The notes beneath the pieces are model-generated. The model saw only the letters and a list, made by a program, of their open reading frames with translations. It was not told the origin of the DNA and searched no databases. Shown here one piece after another: positions 12,901 through 23,429 of a DNA stretch of 64,000 nucleotides. Position numbers and translations under genes: made by a program. Numbering within the stretch: the stretch's first letter is position 1; each line of letters starts with the position of its first letter. The DNA comes from Octopus sinensis (Eukaryota), in assembly GCF_006345805.1 (NCBI RefSeq), contig NC_042999.1, positions 24,614,001-24,678,000 on the forward strand, read 5' to 3'.

Positions 12901-15900
12901 TATAAGAGGAATCAGATGTAGTGTGCAAAAAAAGAAAACTGTGTTGGTGTGGACTTGTGATGTTTATAGTTGAGGACAGGTGTATGAAAAAGAGCTGACC
13001 ACTTAATATGGGTGGAGCTTGTGGAAGAGGGAGACCAAGGAATACATGGAACAAAATGGTGAAGGCTGATCTCAGGAGTGGAGCTGACAAAGGACCAAGA
13101 TGATTAACAATATGCAGTTCTTGAGAAAACCCAACCGTCTTTTGAGATTGTGGAAGCACAATGTGGCCCCCTCACCCAATTTCCTTCTCAAGATATTCCT
13201 ATATCTCTCTAAATGCAACATTATGTTGCTGTAATTAACTGTGAGCAGAACTGCATACTTCCCTAGCTTTTCCCTGATTCCAATTATCATTCTACTTGGA
13301 ACTGTCAGGTTGAGTAAAAAGTAAGCAATGTTTTGAACCATGAAGAATTTGTACTGGATTTTTAAGGAGTTTTGAATTTCTTTCAAACCATTTTTTGCAA
13401 TTGTCTGATAATAAAGACATAGAATTGCCCAAATGCATCAATAAATTAACAATGATATTTATTCACCGTTGTTACAATCATTGAAATGGAACTGTCAAAA
13501 TGCGATAGTCAAGCAATTTTGCTATTCAACTTCAAAAAAGGATGTAAAGCAGCTGAAACTGCTCGTGATATCAATGAAACGTTTGGTGGGGAAATGGTCT
13601 GTCCAAAAATGGTTTAAACTATTTTGCAGTGGAGACCAGAGCCTTGAAGATCATGAGCATAGTGGATGTCCATCTCTCATCGATGATGGTCAATTAAAGA
13701 CCGACATTGAGAAAGATCCACATAAAAACCACTTGAGAACTGGTAAAAGAACTTCAAGTTAACCAGAAAACTGCCCGCAAACATTTGCATGCAATCAGGA
13801 AATCAAAAAGCTCGACAAATGGGAACCATACAATTTGAATGAAAATCAGAAAATACGCAGATAGAAATGTTTTTATGTATAACTATACATATATAAACCA
13901 CATACACATACATATGAGTGAGAAGTGTACAACATACAGCATGTCCCATACATAAACCAACATTTAAATAGGTTTTATATTAAAATACCTTACAATGGAA
14001 AGCATAGTGTGTAAAAATGTACATAAATTTGCAGAAAAACAGTCAAGAACAAAAAATAGAATTGGAATCAAGTTTCTTTTTAAATATTATTTATGTGATT
14101 ATTTTTAATTTTAAAAAGTGTTTTGCTTCTATTTTATTAAAATTTTGTTCACTCATTTCAATTTTCATGTGCCAGTGGCACATAAAAAGCACCATCCGAA
14201 CGTCGCCGATGCCAGCGCCGCCTTGACTGGCTTCCGTGCCGGTGGCACGTTAAAAGCACCGATGCCAGACTCCCCTGGCACGTAAAAAGCACCCACTACA
14301 CTCGCGGAGTGGTTGGCGTTAGGAAGGGCGTCAAGCTGTAGAAACACTGCCAGATCAGACTGGAGCCTGGTGCAGCCCCTGGCTTCCCAGACCCCGGTCG
14401 AACCGTCCAACCCGTGCTAGCGCAGAAAATGGACGTTAAACGATGATGATGATGATGATGATCTAGACAGAAACTTCATTTTATTAAGGTTTATTTTTTA
14501 CTTTTTCTGATAGTTTTATATAATTAGATTGCACTAAGTCTATTTTATGTTTGATAGGTTCCATTGAAGGAAGTAAATATCTCACTTTCAAAGAAGGCCC
14601 ATCCAAAAAAAAGCTGAAAGAAAATTAGACACTCCATTAAATGACAAACATAAAATAGTTGATTAATATTGAGAAAGAAGGTCAACAACGGAAAACATAA
14701 TCAAGCAGAAAAAAAAACCCGTCAGAGTTCAAAAGATAAGAGAAAACAAACTCCCAAATAGTACAGATGGGTTACAGTTTATTCTTCTTGGTTGACTCAA
14801 AATTTTCTTTCCTTCTAGATGGCTATCTGAAATGAAATGACATGTTCAAGGAAGAATGCTTATTATCGACAAAGTGATACAAAAGTGTTTCATTAGTGAA
14901 GACGTGTCGGACCAGTCATTGTCTGCATCAAGAATATCCCTGCATAAAAATATACACGGAGAAATTTTTACAAAAGTAGTTTTGTTTATAAAATAAGTAA
15001 TTTACCAAAATTAAAATTGGATCTTTTTAACATAATTTCTAGGTAACTAAAAAATTTAAAATTTCGTATACTGTCTGCCAGCCTCGTCTGGCACCTGTGT
15101 CGGTGGCACATAAAAAACACCATCCGAGCGTGGCCGTTTGCCAGCCTCGTCTGGCACCTGTGTCGGTGGCACATAAAACCACCCACTACACTCTCGGAGT
15201 GGTTGGCGTTAGGAAGGGCATCCAGCTGTAGAAACACTGCCAGATCTGACTGGCCTGGTGTAGCCTTCGGGCTTGCCAGACCCCAGTTGAACCGTCCAAC
15301 CCATGCTAGCATGGAAAGCGGACGTTAAACGATGATGATGATGATGATGATGGTAGAATGTGTTTATAAAACATCTTTTTCTCATGGCTTTATTGAGATA
15401 ATTCTATATTTTGTAAGATATTTGTTGTTTTTTTTCTTCAATTTCTGCAATTTCAACCAATCAGTGACGTCTATTGAGGTAAAAAAAACATTCTGTGACG
15501 TATGAATATGTCCCTCGTTTAAGAAACAAAAAAAAGAAACCCTTCCCCCACCCCAGCCCACACCCTAACTAACCCTAACCCTAAAGAGATTGAAATGCAA
15601 TAGATCGATACTAGGGTCATAATTATGGGTGACAATTTCATATGAGACCGCTAGAAAAAACTGCCGTTCAAACCGAAAAGATCCTTAAAATTTGCCTGCA
15701 CATTCTACCATATCAGTCAAAACATTTTCCCAAGATCATGAAATACAGACATTGTTTTGACTTGAACATATCATTAAATAAAAGTTGAACTTCATTTGTA
15801 AAACTTAAGAAGAATGGTACAAATTAGGTCTGCTGAAAAAACTTGCTGACAGTGTGATTAAAAAGGTCCAAATATAAAAGATAATGGCGAACCTTCGGTA

Positions 15901-17235
15901 TATGTACCAGTGTAAGTACCGGAAGTACCAGATACATTTCAAAAATGTATTTTTTTTTATATATGGGGTGTTAGGGTTAGGGTCAGGGTTTGTGTTATGG
16001 TTAGGGGTGGGAGAAAAGGGTTTCTGTTATCTTCAGAAATGTGAACAAAGTCACGTGTGTACCTATACCGAAATATCGCCAAGATAATAATGTCAGAACA
16101 ATTTATTAAATTTTAAATATAAGCATAAATGGCCACAGCTCGTGAGCTGAAACTAGATAAAATAAAAAAATAATAAAATAAAATAAATAACCAATTTTTT
16201 AAAAAATATTTGAATAAAATAAATTTAATCCCAGTAAAAGAACGTTTGAAAAAAAGAATAGAATTCTTAACGAAAATAGTGTGTATTTAGTATTTCTATA
16301 ACGAAAATAATGCGATAAATAACATTAGGTTATTAATAAATCATTTCATTATTTCATGAATTTTATTTTGAAAATTTTAATTCATGTAATCAGTTGGGAA
16401 AATTCGTGGGATTTTCTTTTACCAATTCTACATTTTAAACTCGAGGTTTTGTTCTGCAAAAGCTTATACAATTATCTTGAAAGACGTCAATGTCAATCTA
16501 CTTTCCATAAAAAAAGCAGACGTTTTGTCAATGTAAACAAAACAAAAGGCAATGCTCAAAGAAAACATTTTAATGTTAGCGACTAAAAGGTTTCTTAATA
16601 AGCAAAATCAAATCTTAGCCATTATTAGCTTTTGTGACTTCTGTTAGTTAACCGCATCGACATTGTTTCTTGTTAACACGAATATTTATACCTAGGGTCC
16701 TCAGACAAAGTATCACGAAAGAAATATTCGAATTATATATATATATATATATATTTAAAAACACTGCATCGATTCAATGATAATAAGAGTAGAAACGAAA
16801 AAGAAATGAAATTTCCATAATGGCCTGTTTGCACATCGGTCACGCCGGGCGAAATGCGTCGCCGTATTTCGTCTGTCGTTACGTTCTGAGTTCAAATTCC
16901 GCCGAGGTCGACTTTGCCTTTCATCCTTTCGGGGTCGATAAATTAAGTACCAGTTACGCACTGGGGTCGATGTAATAGACTTAATACCTATGTCTGTCCT
17001 TGTTTGTCCCCTCTGTCTTTAGCCCCTTGTGGGCAATAAAGAAATAGGTATATAACTAAACTGTTAAATAAGTATTGTTTAAATATGAATGAGGTTTTCT
17101 ATTTATTTGATGAACCGCAAAACTCGAAGTTGACTGGAAAATTGCAATTGGGATTAGTTGGGAAACAAAATAAAATAAATAGGTAACAATTAAAATGATA
17201 AAGAACATACCAGCGTATAATGGCAAGACAGCCAT
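1520..17235 (-). CDS. Spliced gene model (5' part) of a divergent VPS4/katanin-clade AAA ATPase; continues off the left edge of the window
   Basis: Exons 17235-17211, 10172-10160, 9631-9502, 7238-~7123, 3473-3321 and 1673-1520 have AG/GT borders. The first three join in frame. The last two encode [50 protein letters not shown]...SSWVGESEK (Walker A plus pore-loop region). The junction between the 7.2-kb and 3.4-kb exons is unresolved. Confidence 0.75.
2253..2550 (+). mobile_element. Helitron-type non-autonomous element, 5' portion (second family)
   Basis: A|TCTATATATATAAAA...GTGTGTCTGTCTG 5' signature; no clear CTAG 3' end. Confidence 0.45.
3321..3473 (-). CDS. AAA ATPase exon preceding Walker A
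   Basis: ttaatag|GTAAA...ACAG|gtaaat; 153 nt, phase 1->1; [50 protein letters not shown](G); joins 1673 in frame. Confidence 0.95.
3821..4200 (-). mobile_element. RTE-tail SINE/LINE remnant family D (diverged)
   Basis: (CAT)n tail then CCATGCTGGCATGGG...GCTGGATACCCTTCCTGATGCCAA core. Confidence 0.75.
4236..4661 (-). mobile_element. tRNA-derived SINE family B, full length
   Basis: reverse complement of the 30660 copy; internal (TA)n; MIR/CORE-like CCTTGGGCAAGTG segment. Confidence 0.9.
5110..5580. repeat. Compound (TA)n/(TACA)n/(TATACA)n microsatellite
   Basis: directly visible; source of the low-complexity IY/YI ORFs. Confidence 0.95.
6129..6396 (-). mobile_element. SINE family E (5'-truncated, flanked by (TA)n)
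   Basis: minus strand reads GTTCTTGAGCAAGGCACTTTATTTCACGTTGCTCCAGTTCACTCAGCTG, typical of conserved SINE central domains. Confidence 0.6.
6468..6812 (+). mobile_element. SINE family B, diverged copy
   Basis: head GGCATGGCTGTGTAG...TTCGAGTTCAGTCCCACTG; 3' AATGACTGAAACAAGTAAAAGA. Confidence 0.75.
7123..7238 (-). CDS. Probable N-terminal helical-region exon of the AAA ATPase (donor uncertain)
   Basis: ttactgtttcag|AATGTG; open frame [38 protein letters not shown]; phase 0 start matches the end of the 9502 exon; all candidate donors are weak and the 7123 donor (phase 2) does not directly match 3473 (phase 1). Confidence 0.5.
8810..9206 (+). mobile_element. Non-autonomous Helitron family H1
   Basis: A|TC 5' end, subterminal GC hairpin (CCTGAGCAACGCCGGG), CTAG|T 3' end, no TSD; copies at 22165, 26256 and 51172. 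Confidence 0.9.
9502..9631 (-). CDS. Probable N-terminal exon of the AAA ATPase
   Basis: caattttag|TTTGG...TAGTG|gtaact; 130 nt, phase 2->0; [43 protein letters not shown]. Confidence 0.7.
10160..10172 (-). CDS. 13-nt microexon of the AAA ATPase (probable)
   Basis: long pyrimidine tract ...ccacag|AATCTGTTTCTTG|gtaagt; phase 1->2 exactly bridges the 17211 donor and the 9631 acceptor (E-S-V-S-C). Confidence 0.65.
10930..11240 (-). pseudogene. Degenerate non-LTR retrotransposon restriction-like endonuclease domain (CRE-like)
   Basis: [33 protein letters not shown] resembles the LEPxGL..xDGKRPDGxTxxPWxxGKxLxWDxT RLE motif. Confidence 0.65.
11581..11960 (+). mobile_element. SINE family A
   Basis: near-identical to 757-1138. 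Confidence 0.9.
11985..12480 (+). pseudogene. Degenerate RTE-type LINE ORF2 C-terminal fragment
   Basis: [15 protein letters not shown] motif followed by a broken frame. Confidence 0.6.
13306..13860 (+). pseudogene. Mariner transposase N-terminal remnant
   Basis: [22 protein letters not shown]...[29 protein letters not shown] (Mos1/SETMAR-like HTH) with frameshifts. Confidence 0.85.
14165..14462 (+). mobile_element. Family D RTE-tail element
   Basis: GC-rich units, CCCACTACACTC..GGAGTGGTTGGCGTTAGGAAGGGC core, (GAT)n tail. Confidence 0.85.
15019..15684 (+). mobile_element. hAT-type MITE M1 with nested family D insertion (15074-15351)
   Basis: GGATCTTT...AAAAGATCC termini; perfect 8-bp TSD ttaaaatt. 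Confidence 0.9.
15886..16080. mobile_element. hAT-type MITE M2
   Basis: imperfect TIRs GGCGAACCTTCGGTATATGTAC / GTACCTATACCGAAATATCGCC; perfect 8-bp TSD aagataat; internal TTAGGG-like run. Confidence 0.85.
16820..17048 (+). mobile_element. tRNA-derived SINE family C
   Basis: CGCCGGGCGAAATGCG...GAGTTCAAATTCCGCCGAGGTCGAC...; matches the 53279 copy. Confidence 0.88.
17211..17235 (-). CDS. Probable first coding exon of the AAA ATPase (MAVLPLYA)
   Basis: acaaaATGGCT start context, donor CTG|gtatgt, located in a CpG-retaining region. Confidence 0.6.
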
Positions 17236-17658
17236 TTTGTAAAATCGTCTGCTTCTTCTTAAGAAAGGCAAAGATAGTAATGTCTTTAAGAAAGCAAAAC
17301 GGAAAAAAATATCAGAGAAAGTTAATTTCAAAATCTACTTTTTTGTTTTTCACAAGAAAATAATGTCATGAATTGAATAAAACATAAAAATGATAAAAGT
17401 TATTTCGATAAAATCGATTGTAGTCAAATGGTGTTCAGGATGGCTGCCAATCTAGCAATTCATGGCCCATAATGCAATTCTCTCTTGAATCGTTTTGATT
17501 TGGAACAAAAAATTACAAGCTAATTGACTGAATTCACTTTTATTATTGCGGCAATTTATTAATCTTTAATCTGTTATTTTAAAACAGGAAAAAGTTACCG
17601 GTTTTATTTTTTCCTCGTGTATCACTTATTTTGTAAACTGACATAAGTAATTGTAAAC

Positions 17659-18057
17659 GGATCTTTTCGGTTTGAACGGCAGTTTTTAACATAATTTCTA
17701 GGTAACTAAAAAAATGTTAAACTTCGTATACTGGTAGAACATCTTTTTCTCTTGGCTTTATTGATAAAATTCTATAGTTTGGAAGATATTTGTTGTTGTT
17801 TTTTCTTCAATTTCTGCAATTTCAACCAATCACTGACGTCTATTGAGGTAATAAACATTCTGTGCCGTATGAATATGTCCCTCGTTTAAGAAACAGATTG
17901 GGTTTATTTACATTTGTGAAGAAAAAAAGATACCCTTCCCCCACCCCTAACCCTAAAACAGATTGAAAGGCAATAGATCGATACTAGGGTCATAATTATG
18001 GGTGACAATTTCATATGACACTGCTAGAAAAAACTGCCGTTCAAACCGAAAAGATCC
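17659..18057 (+). mobile_element. hAT-type MITE M1
   Basis: TIR GGATCTTTTCGGTTTGAACGGCAGTTTTT at both ends; degenerate 8-bp TSD (ttgtaaac/ctgtaaat). Confidence 0.9.
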
Positions 18058-18231
18058 CTGTAAATATTATGGAATATGTATAATGCGACATTTAGTAGTA
18101 GTAGTAGCAGCAGTATTAGTATGGTGGGGGCATGTGCTGTAACAGTATGTTGCTGCATTCACAATTTGTTGGTTATTCCCTACTATCCTTGGTGGACGAC
18201 TCCTCTGCACCACTCAAGCGACTACTCTCCA

Positions 18232-18350
18232 CAGGGGCGGACCCATGGGGATGGGAACTTAAGGGGCATATGCACACCCTCAAGAAAAAAAAATTGTATT
18301 CCCTTCTGATATTGTGCCCTCTGTTTGAAAAATTCCTGGGACCAGCCCTG
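18232..18350. mobile_element. Small MITE with CAGGGGCGGA-type termini
   Basis: CAGGGGCGGACCCA...TGGGACCAGCCCTG imperfect TIRs; ctcca repeated on both flanks. Confidence 0.5.
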
Positions 18351-18560
18351 CTCCAACCTATGGTTCTGTTTGGGTAGTTGTGGCTGGTAAGAGTTTTACA
18401 AGGCTGGAGTGCATATCCTACCTCAACCTCTCTTAGTTACCTTTTACAACATGTAAATTTAAAGCCACAGTGTGTATTACAGGGAAGATCTCTGGTTGGT
18501 AAGTTTTCTCAGAGCTGTACTCAGTAGAGGTTGTCATGTTCTTCAGTTTTGGACTTAATA

Positions 18561-18791
18561 CTCTTTACTCTATTACTCTTTTACTTGTTTCAGTCATATG
18601 ACTGCGGCCATGCTGGAGCATCGCCTTTAATCGAGCAACTTGACCCCGGGACTTATTCTTTTGTAAGCCCAGTACTTATTCTATCGGTCTCTTTTGCCGA
18701 ACTGCTAAGTAATGGGGACATAAACACACCAGCATCGGTTGTCAAGCAATGCTGGGGGGACAAACACAGACACACAAACACACACACATGC

Positions 18792-18822
<31 letters not shown>

Positions 18823-18990
18823 TATGACGGGCTTCTTTCAGTTTCCGTCTACCAAATCCACCCACAAGGCTTTGGTCGGCCCAAGGCTATAGTAGAAGAC
18901 ACACTCGCCCAAGGTGCCACGCAGTGGGACTGAACCCGGAACCATGTGGTTGGTAAACAAGCTACTTACCACACAACCACTCCTGTGCCT
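18561..18990 (-). mobile_element. SINE family B
   Basis: full-length reverse copy. Confidence 0.9.
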
Positions 18991-19484
18991 AATGTGTACT
19001 TGTAATGCCTTCTTGTATGTTCCCTTCATCAAATGTGACCAGCTGAATCAAGGTTCATTTCAGTATTCCTAATGGACCTAGATTCATGTTTTTTTTTGGC
19101 TATTTCAAATCATCTCAGGCTCTTGTTATGTTCTCATTCAAAGCAAAGTTTGGTATTTTCTTTCTCTTTGAGAACTATTCCAGTGCAATATTTCTGTTAG
19201 GTTGTGAAATACAGCATTGCAATTCTTGCCCTCAAATCTGTCATAGACTGATGAACCTGTTGTGTATTGCAACCATAAACTTTGTGCACCTGTTACTTTT
19301 CCCGAGATCTTTGGCTATTACTTTGTTGCTTAGATTATTACATGGTAACATAGCAATTTTAATGACTATACTTTTTTTTTTCAACCTTAAAGTAGTACAT
19401 AACCTGCTGATCCAGACTGGCCCACTCATCAAGGAAGAGCTTCAAAAATACCTGAAAAGATTAAGATACAACAAGATACCAGGT

Positions 19485-19786
19485 GTGGAGGCACATGGCC
19501 TAGTGGTTAGGGCAGCAGACTCGCGGTCGAGGGATTGTGGGTTCGAATCTCAGACCGGGCGATGTGTGTGTTTATGAGTGAAATCAAACCTAAGCTCCAC
19601 GTGGCTCCGGCAGAAGGTAATGGCGAACTTCTGTTGATTCTTTCGCCACAACTTTCTCTCACTCTTTCCTCCTGCATCTTGCAGCTCACCTGCGACAGAC
19701 CGGCGTCCCGTCCAGGCGGGGAACCTATATGCTAAGTAACCGGGAAACCAGGCCTTATGAGCCAGGCATGGCTCGAGAAGGAACAA
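19485..19786 (+). mobile_element. SINE family A2 (A head, different 3' half) inserted in an old RTE remnant
   Basis: 14-bp TSD acaagataccaggt; host reads EELQKYLKRLRYNKIPG|SDNTP across the insertion. Confidence 0.9.
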
Positions 19787-20300
19787 ACAAGATACCAGGT
19801 TCAGATAATACTCCAGCCACATTCTGGTAAAGTTCACATAAGATCTACTGAAAATTTATGGTTGATAAAGGCAAATTAACCTTGTGTTTTATAATGACAT
19901 ACACACAATCAAAATTCTGTCTAATTATCTGCTCTACTTTCTCTTATTTCATCATCATCATCACCACCATCATTTAATGTCTGCTTCCTACTGCAAGAGT
20001 AGAACAATTCAACAGGAGCTGGCAAGTCGAAGTGCTACACAAATCTCCAAGTTTTGACATGGTTTCTATGGTTGGATGTCCTTAGCATCAACAACTTTAC
20101 AGAGTGTGCTGGGTGCTTTTGATATGGCATCAGCACAGGTGCTTTTTTATGTGACACCACTGTAGGCACTCTATATGTGACACCAGCACAGGTGCTATAT
20201 ATATACAATGGGCTTCTTTCAGTTTCCGTCCACCAAATCCACTCACAAGGCTTGGTCAGCCTGAAACACATGCCCAAGGCACCACACAGTGGGACTGAAC

Positions 20301-20672
20301 TTAGTTAGTTAGTTAGTTAGTTAATTTTTTGGCTCAAAAAGCAAAAAGCAAGGCCATGTAGGGGGACATGGAGTTATGTACAGGGTGGTGTTCATGTAAA
20401 GAGTTCAGGCCACTTGTGGTCAAGGGAGACTTTGAACCGAGCGGTCGTCGGCATCTTCACTATCTCGTCCAGCAGCTTATTCCACGGATTCGCAACCCGG
20501 ACGGAGAAAGCCCCTCTCCTTCGATTGAGATAAAATCGTCGCAGATAGAGCTTTTTGGAGTGACCCCACAGCCGACGCTCTGGAGCAGGAGTGAAGAACA
20601 GCTCTTTCGAGAGGTTACACTTTCTGCTTATGATGTTGTGAGCAAGAATGAGATCACCACAGCGTCGTTATT
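20301..20672 (-). mobile_element. CR1/Jockey-group LINE 3' end with (TAAC)n tail
   Basis: minus strand reads [21 protein letters not shown] (FSxRVxxxWNxL motif); second copy at 60897. Confidence 0.8.
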
Positions 20673-21224
20673 TTTCTAGAGAATAAAGGTCAAGCGTCTT
20701 CAGCCTTTCTTCAACTTGGAACTATGTGGCTGAGAAGCAAGTTTGTTACCACACTGCCATGCTTGCACCTACATAAATGATTTAGATGTCTTTGATCAGA
20801 AACTTAAACACATACAAGAATAGTGAAGATCAAGTATCTCACAGTGGACCTTGATTTGAAATTTTGCTAATATTTCTCCAGGTGCCAACATGACTATTTT
20901 TCAAATTAAATGTTATAAACTGTATTGCTTAGTGATGTAGAATATCAATTGCTAACACATAAGTATCATGAAATGAGGTTTAGAATCAAAATAGGGAGGT
21001 GTTTGTAAAAAGGTCAGCCACATAGTATTGCATATGGAGCCAGAAAGTTCAGATTGTCTATCATGAAACTCCTCCAATACCATGGTACCAATTGTTTCTA
21101 AGATTGGAACATAGATGGATTAACCTATGCAGAGGTTACTCAGGTATTGATATTCCTGCAGTATCAATGATCCCAACCTCACCAATCTTGCTTTCCACTT
21201 CTTTATATTAGATACAAAAATTTT

Positions 21225-21637
21225 GGATCTTTTCGGTTTGAATGGCAGTTTTTAACAATTTCTAGATAACTAAAAAATTTTAAACTTCGTATACTGGTAG
21301 AATGTGTTTATAAAACATCTTTTTCTCTTGGCTTTATTGAGAAAATTCTATAGTTTGTAAGATATTTGTTGTTTTTTTTCTTCAATTTCTGCAATTTCAA
21401 CCAATCAGTGACATCTATTGAGTTAAAACGTATTCTGTGCTGTATGAATATGTCCCTCGTTTAAGAAACAGATTGGGTTTATTTACATTTGTGAAGAAAA
21501 CAAAGATACCCTTCCCCCACCCCTAACCCTAACCGTAAAAGAGATTTAAATGCAATAGATCGATTCTAGGGTCATAATTATGGGTGACAATTTCATGACA
21601 CCGCTAGAAAAAATTGCTGTTCAAACCGAAAAGATCC
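21225..21637 (+). mobile_element. hAT-type MITE M1
   Basis: both TIRs present; TSD aaaatttt/aaattttt. Confidence 0.9.
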
Positions 21638-22164
21638 AAATTTTTTTTTGAGAAGCTTGCAGCACCTCACAAGCAGTGCAGTATGGGACCTGCAATGTTT
21701 GCCTGTATGCCATCTAAGTAATACTGATTTCAAAATGCACTCTCACTTCTCTTTTTTTTCTTTTTAATATTACAGCTCTTTCTCTCTCTCCCAATTCATT
21801 TATTCGTACATACATACATACATACATAAGGGATAGTTGGATTCTGACATAATATTCTTAAAACTTTTATGCAGTCACTGAACTTCTAAATCCTGCAATC
21901 AACAGACACATTTACCCCATTCTGACTTCATGGCAAAATCATTACCTGGACTGAAATTACAGTAAATCCATCGTAAATAGATGCAGTTTCTTAATTCTTT
22001 TTTCCTATTACTCTCTTTATAAGTCCTTTCCTTTAAACAATCATATGTTGAAACCAATAGGAGCAACCATCACATATACACACACATGTACGTATGCATG
22101 TCCCATTTTTGTATCATCTAGCTGTTCGGATGTTTTGCGTTCTTGTCCCATTTTTTATTTTACA

Positions 22165-22463
22165 CTAGCAGTATTGCCCAGCGTTGCTCGGGTTTGTAAG
22201 GGAAATAACTATATAAGCATTTTTAGAGAGTTATAGCGAAAAAATAGCAAAAAAAATGCATCAAAATTGGAAAAAAAATGATGGTAAATTTTTTTTAAAA
22301 TCATACTCATCGTAGATGCGTGGTAATACCCAGAAGGGCTCAATATGAATCACGACTATAAGATACCCGGTTTTGGTTAAACTGCATCGCAAAATGTGGG
22401 AGTAGTTAGGAATCTAAATCGTAGGAGACAGACAGCACACAACCTCTCTTTTATATATAAAGA
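22165..22463 (-). mobile_element. Helitron H1
   Basis: reverse copy with CTAG and TC termini. Confidence 0.88.
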
Positions 22464-23429
22464 TATATATATATTTAAAATTCAATAAGGGTAGAAATTG
22501 ATATTAATCAATTAAAACCAGTGGCCCAGCATATTAAAAAAACCCCGAAGATTAAAATATTTTTTACATACAAAATTTAAAGGACTGACCACTAAAAGTG
22601 GACAGTCAATATGCTAGATATAGACGTCAAAATTGCTATTTTGACATCTATATCTAGCATATTGACTGTCCACTTTTAGTGGTCAGTCTTTTAAATTTTG
22701 CATGTAAAATATATATATACATATATATATAGAGTGGTGTACGTACACTTTGGTCTCTTATATGTAAGTATACATTTTACTAAATCTTGTACGTCTCTAT
22801 TTCTGTCAGTCAGCCCTTTCATGCTTATTCGTTCTCCCTCTCTCACATTTCTTTGCCTTCTCTTCTTGCTCACTTTCTCTTCACTTTTCACTTCACTCTG
22901 TCCCTGTCATTTTTTCTCACCCCTCCTTAATTCTTCTGTTCCTTTGCTTCTACTTCTCTCTCTCTTCTCTTCCCACGTGACCGGCATTCGGCCAAGCCTG
23001 TTTTTTCTTTCTTGGGCTGACCGTTGTCCATGCAACATCGATATTCCTCTCTGTGTTTGTGAAATATTGTATCTCTGCCATAAGGCTTCATTTCCACACA
23101 CACCAGCTTAATTCAATTCGTCCTTAATTGAAAGACACCAGTTGTTATGTCCTGTTATTATTTTTATTGTATTTGTATTTGTGTAACATTGTTTTTGTAT
23201 ACATTCGCTACTTTCTTCCAAGGAATCTAATGCTCTTAACTTAGTTTTTCCTTGGGGCTGGCCAGATTGGAGCAATCTCAAGTATAAATCAGCCGAAATT
23301 GCGAGGATAATCTGGTGCTTGACTGAGGAAAGAAAACTTTGAATGACCCGTCCTTGTTTTCTTTGTATCGCCTATCTGGATGTTGTGTTGTCCCATTTTT
23401 GTATCACCTGGCTGTCTGGATGTTTTGCG

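Larger units (their letters stand above)
16100..17650 (-). promoter_or_regulatory. Putative promoter / 5' region of the AAA ATPase gene
   Basis: Non-repeat AT-rich DNA with visibly more CpG than neighbouring introns (judged by eye), surrounding the ATG exon. Confidence 0.4.

Noticed and set aside
19086-19577. 163-aa plus-strand ORF
   Set aside because: It is a chimera of an antisense RTE remnant, an RT fragment and a SINE head.
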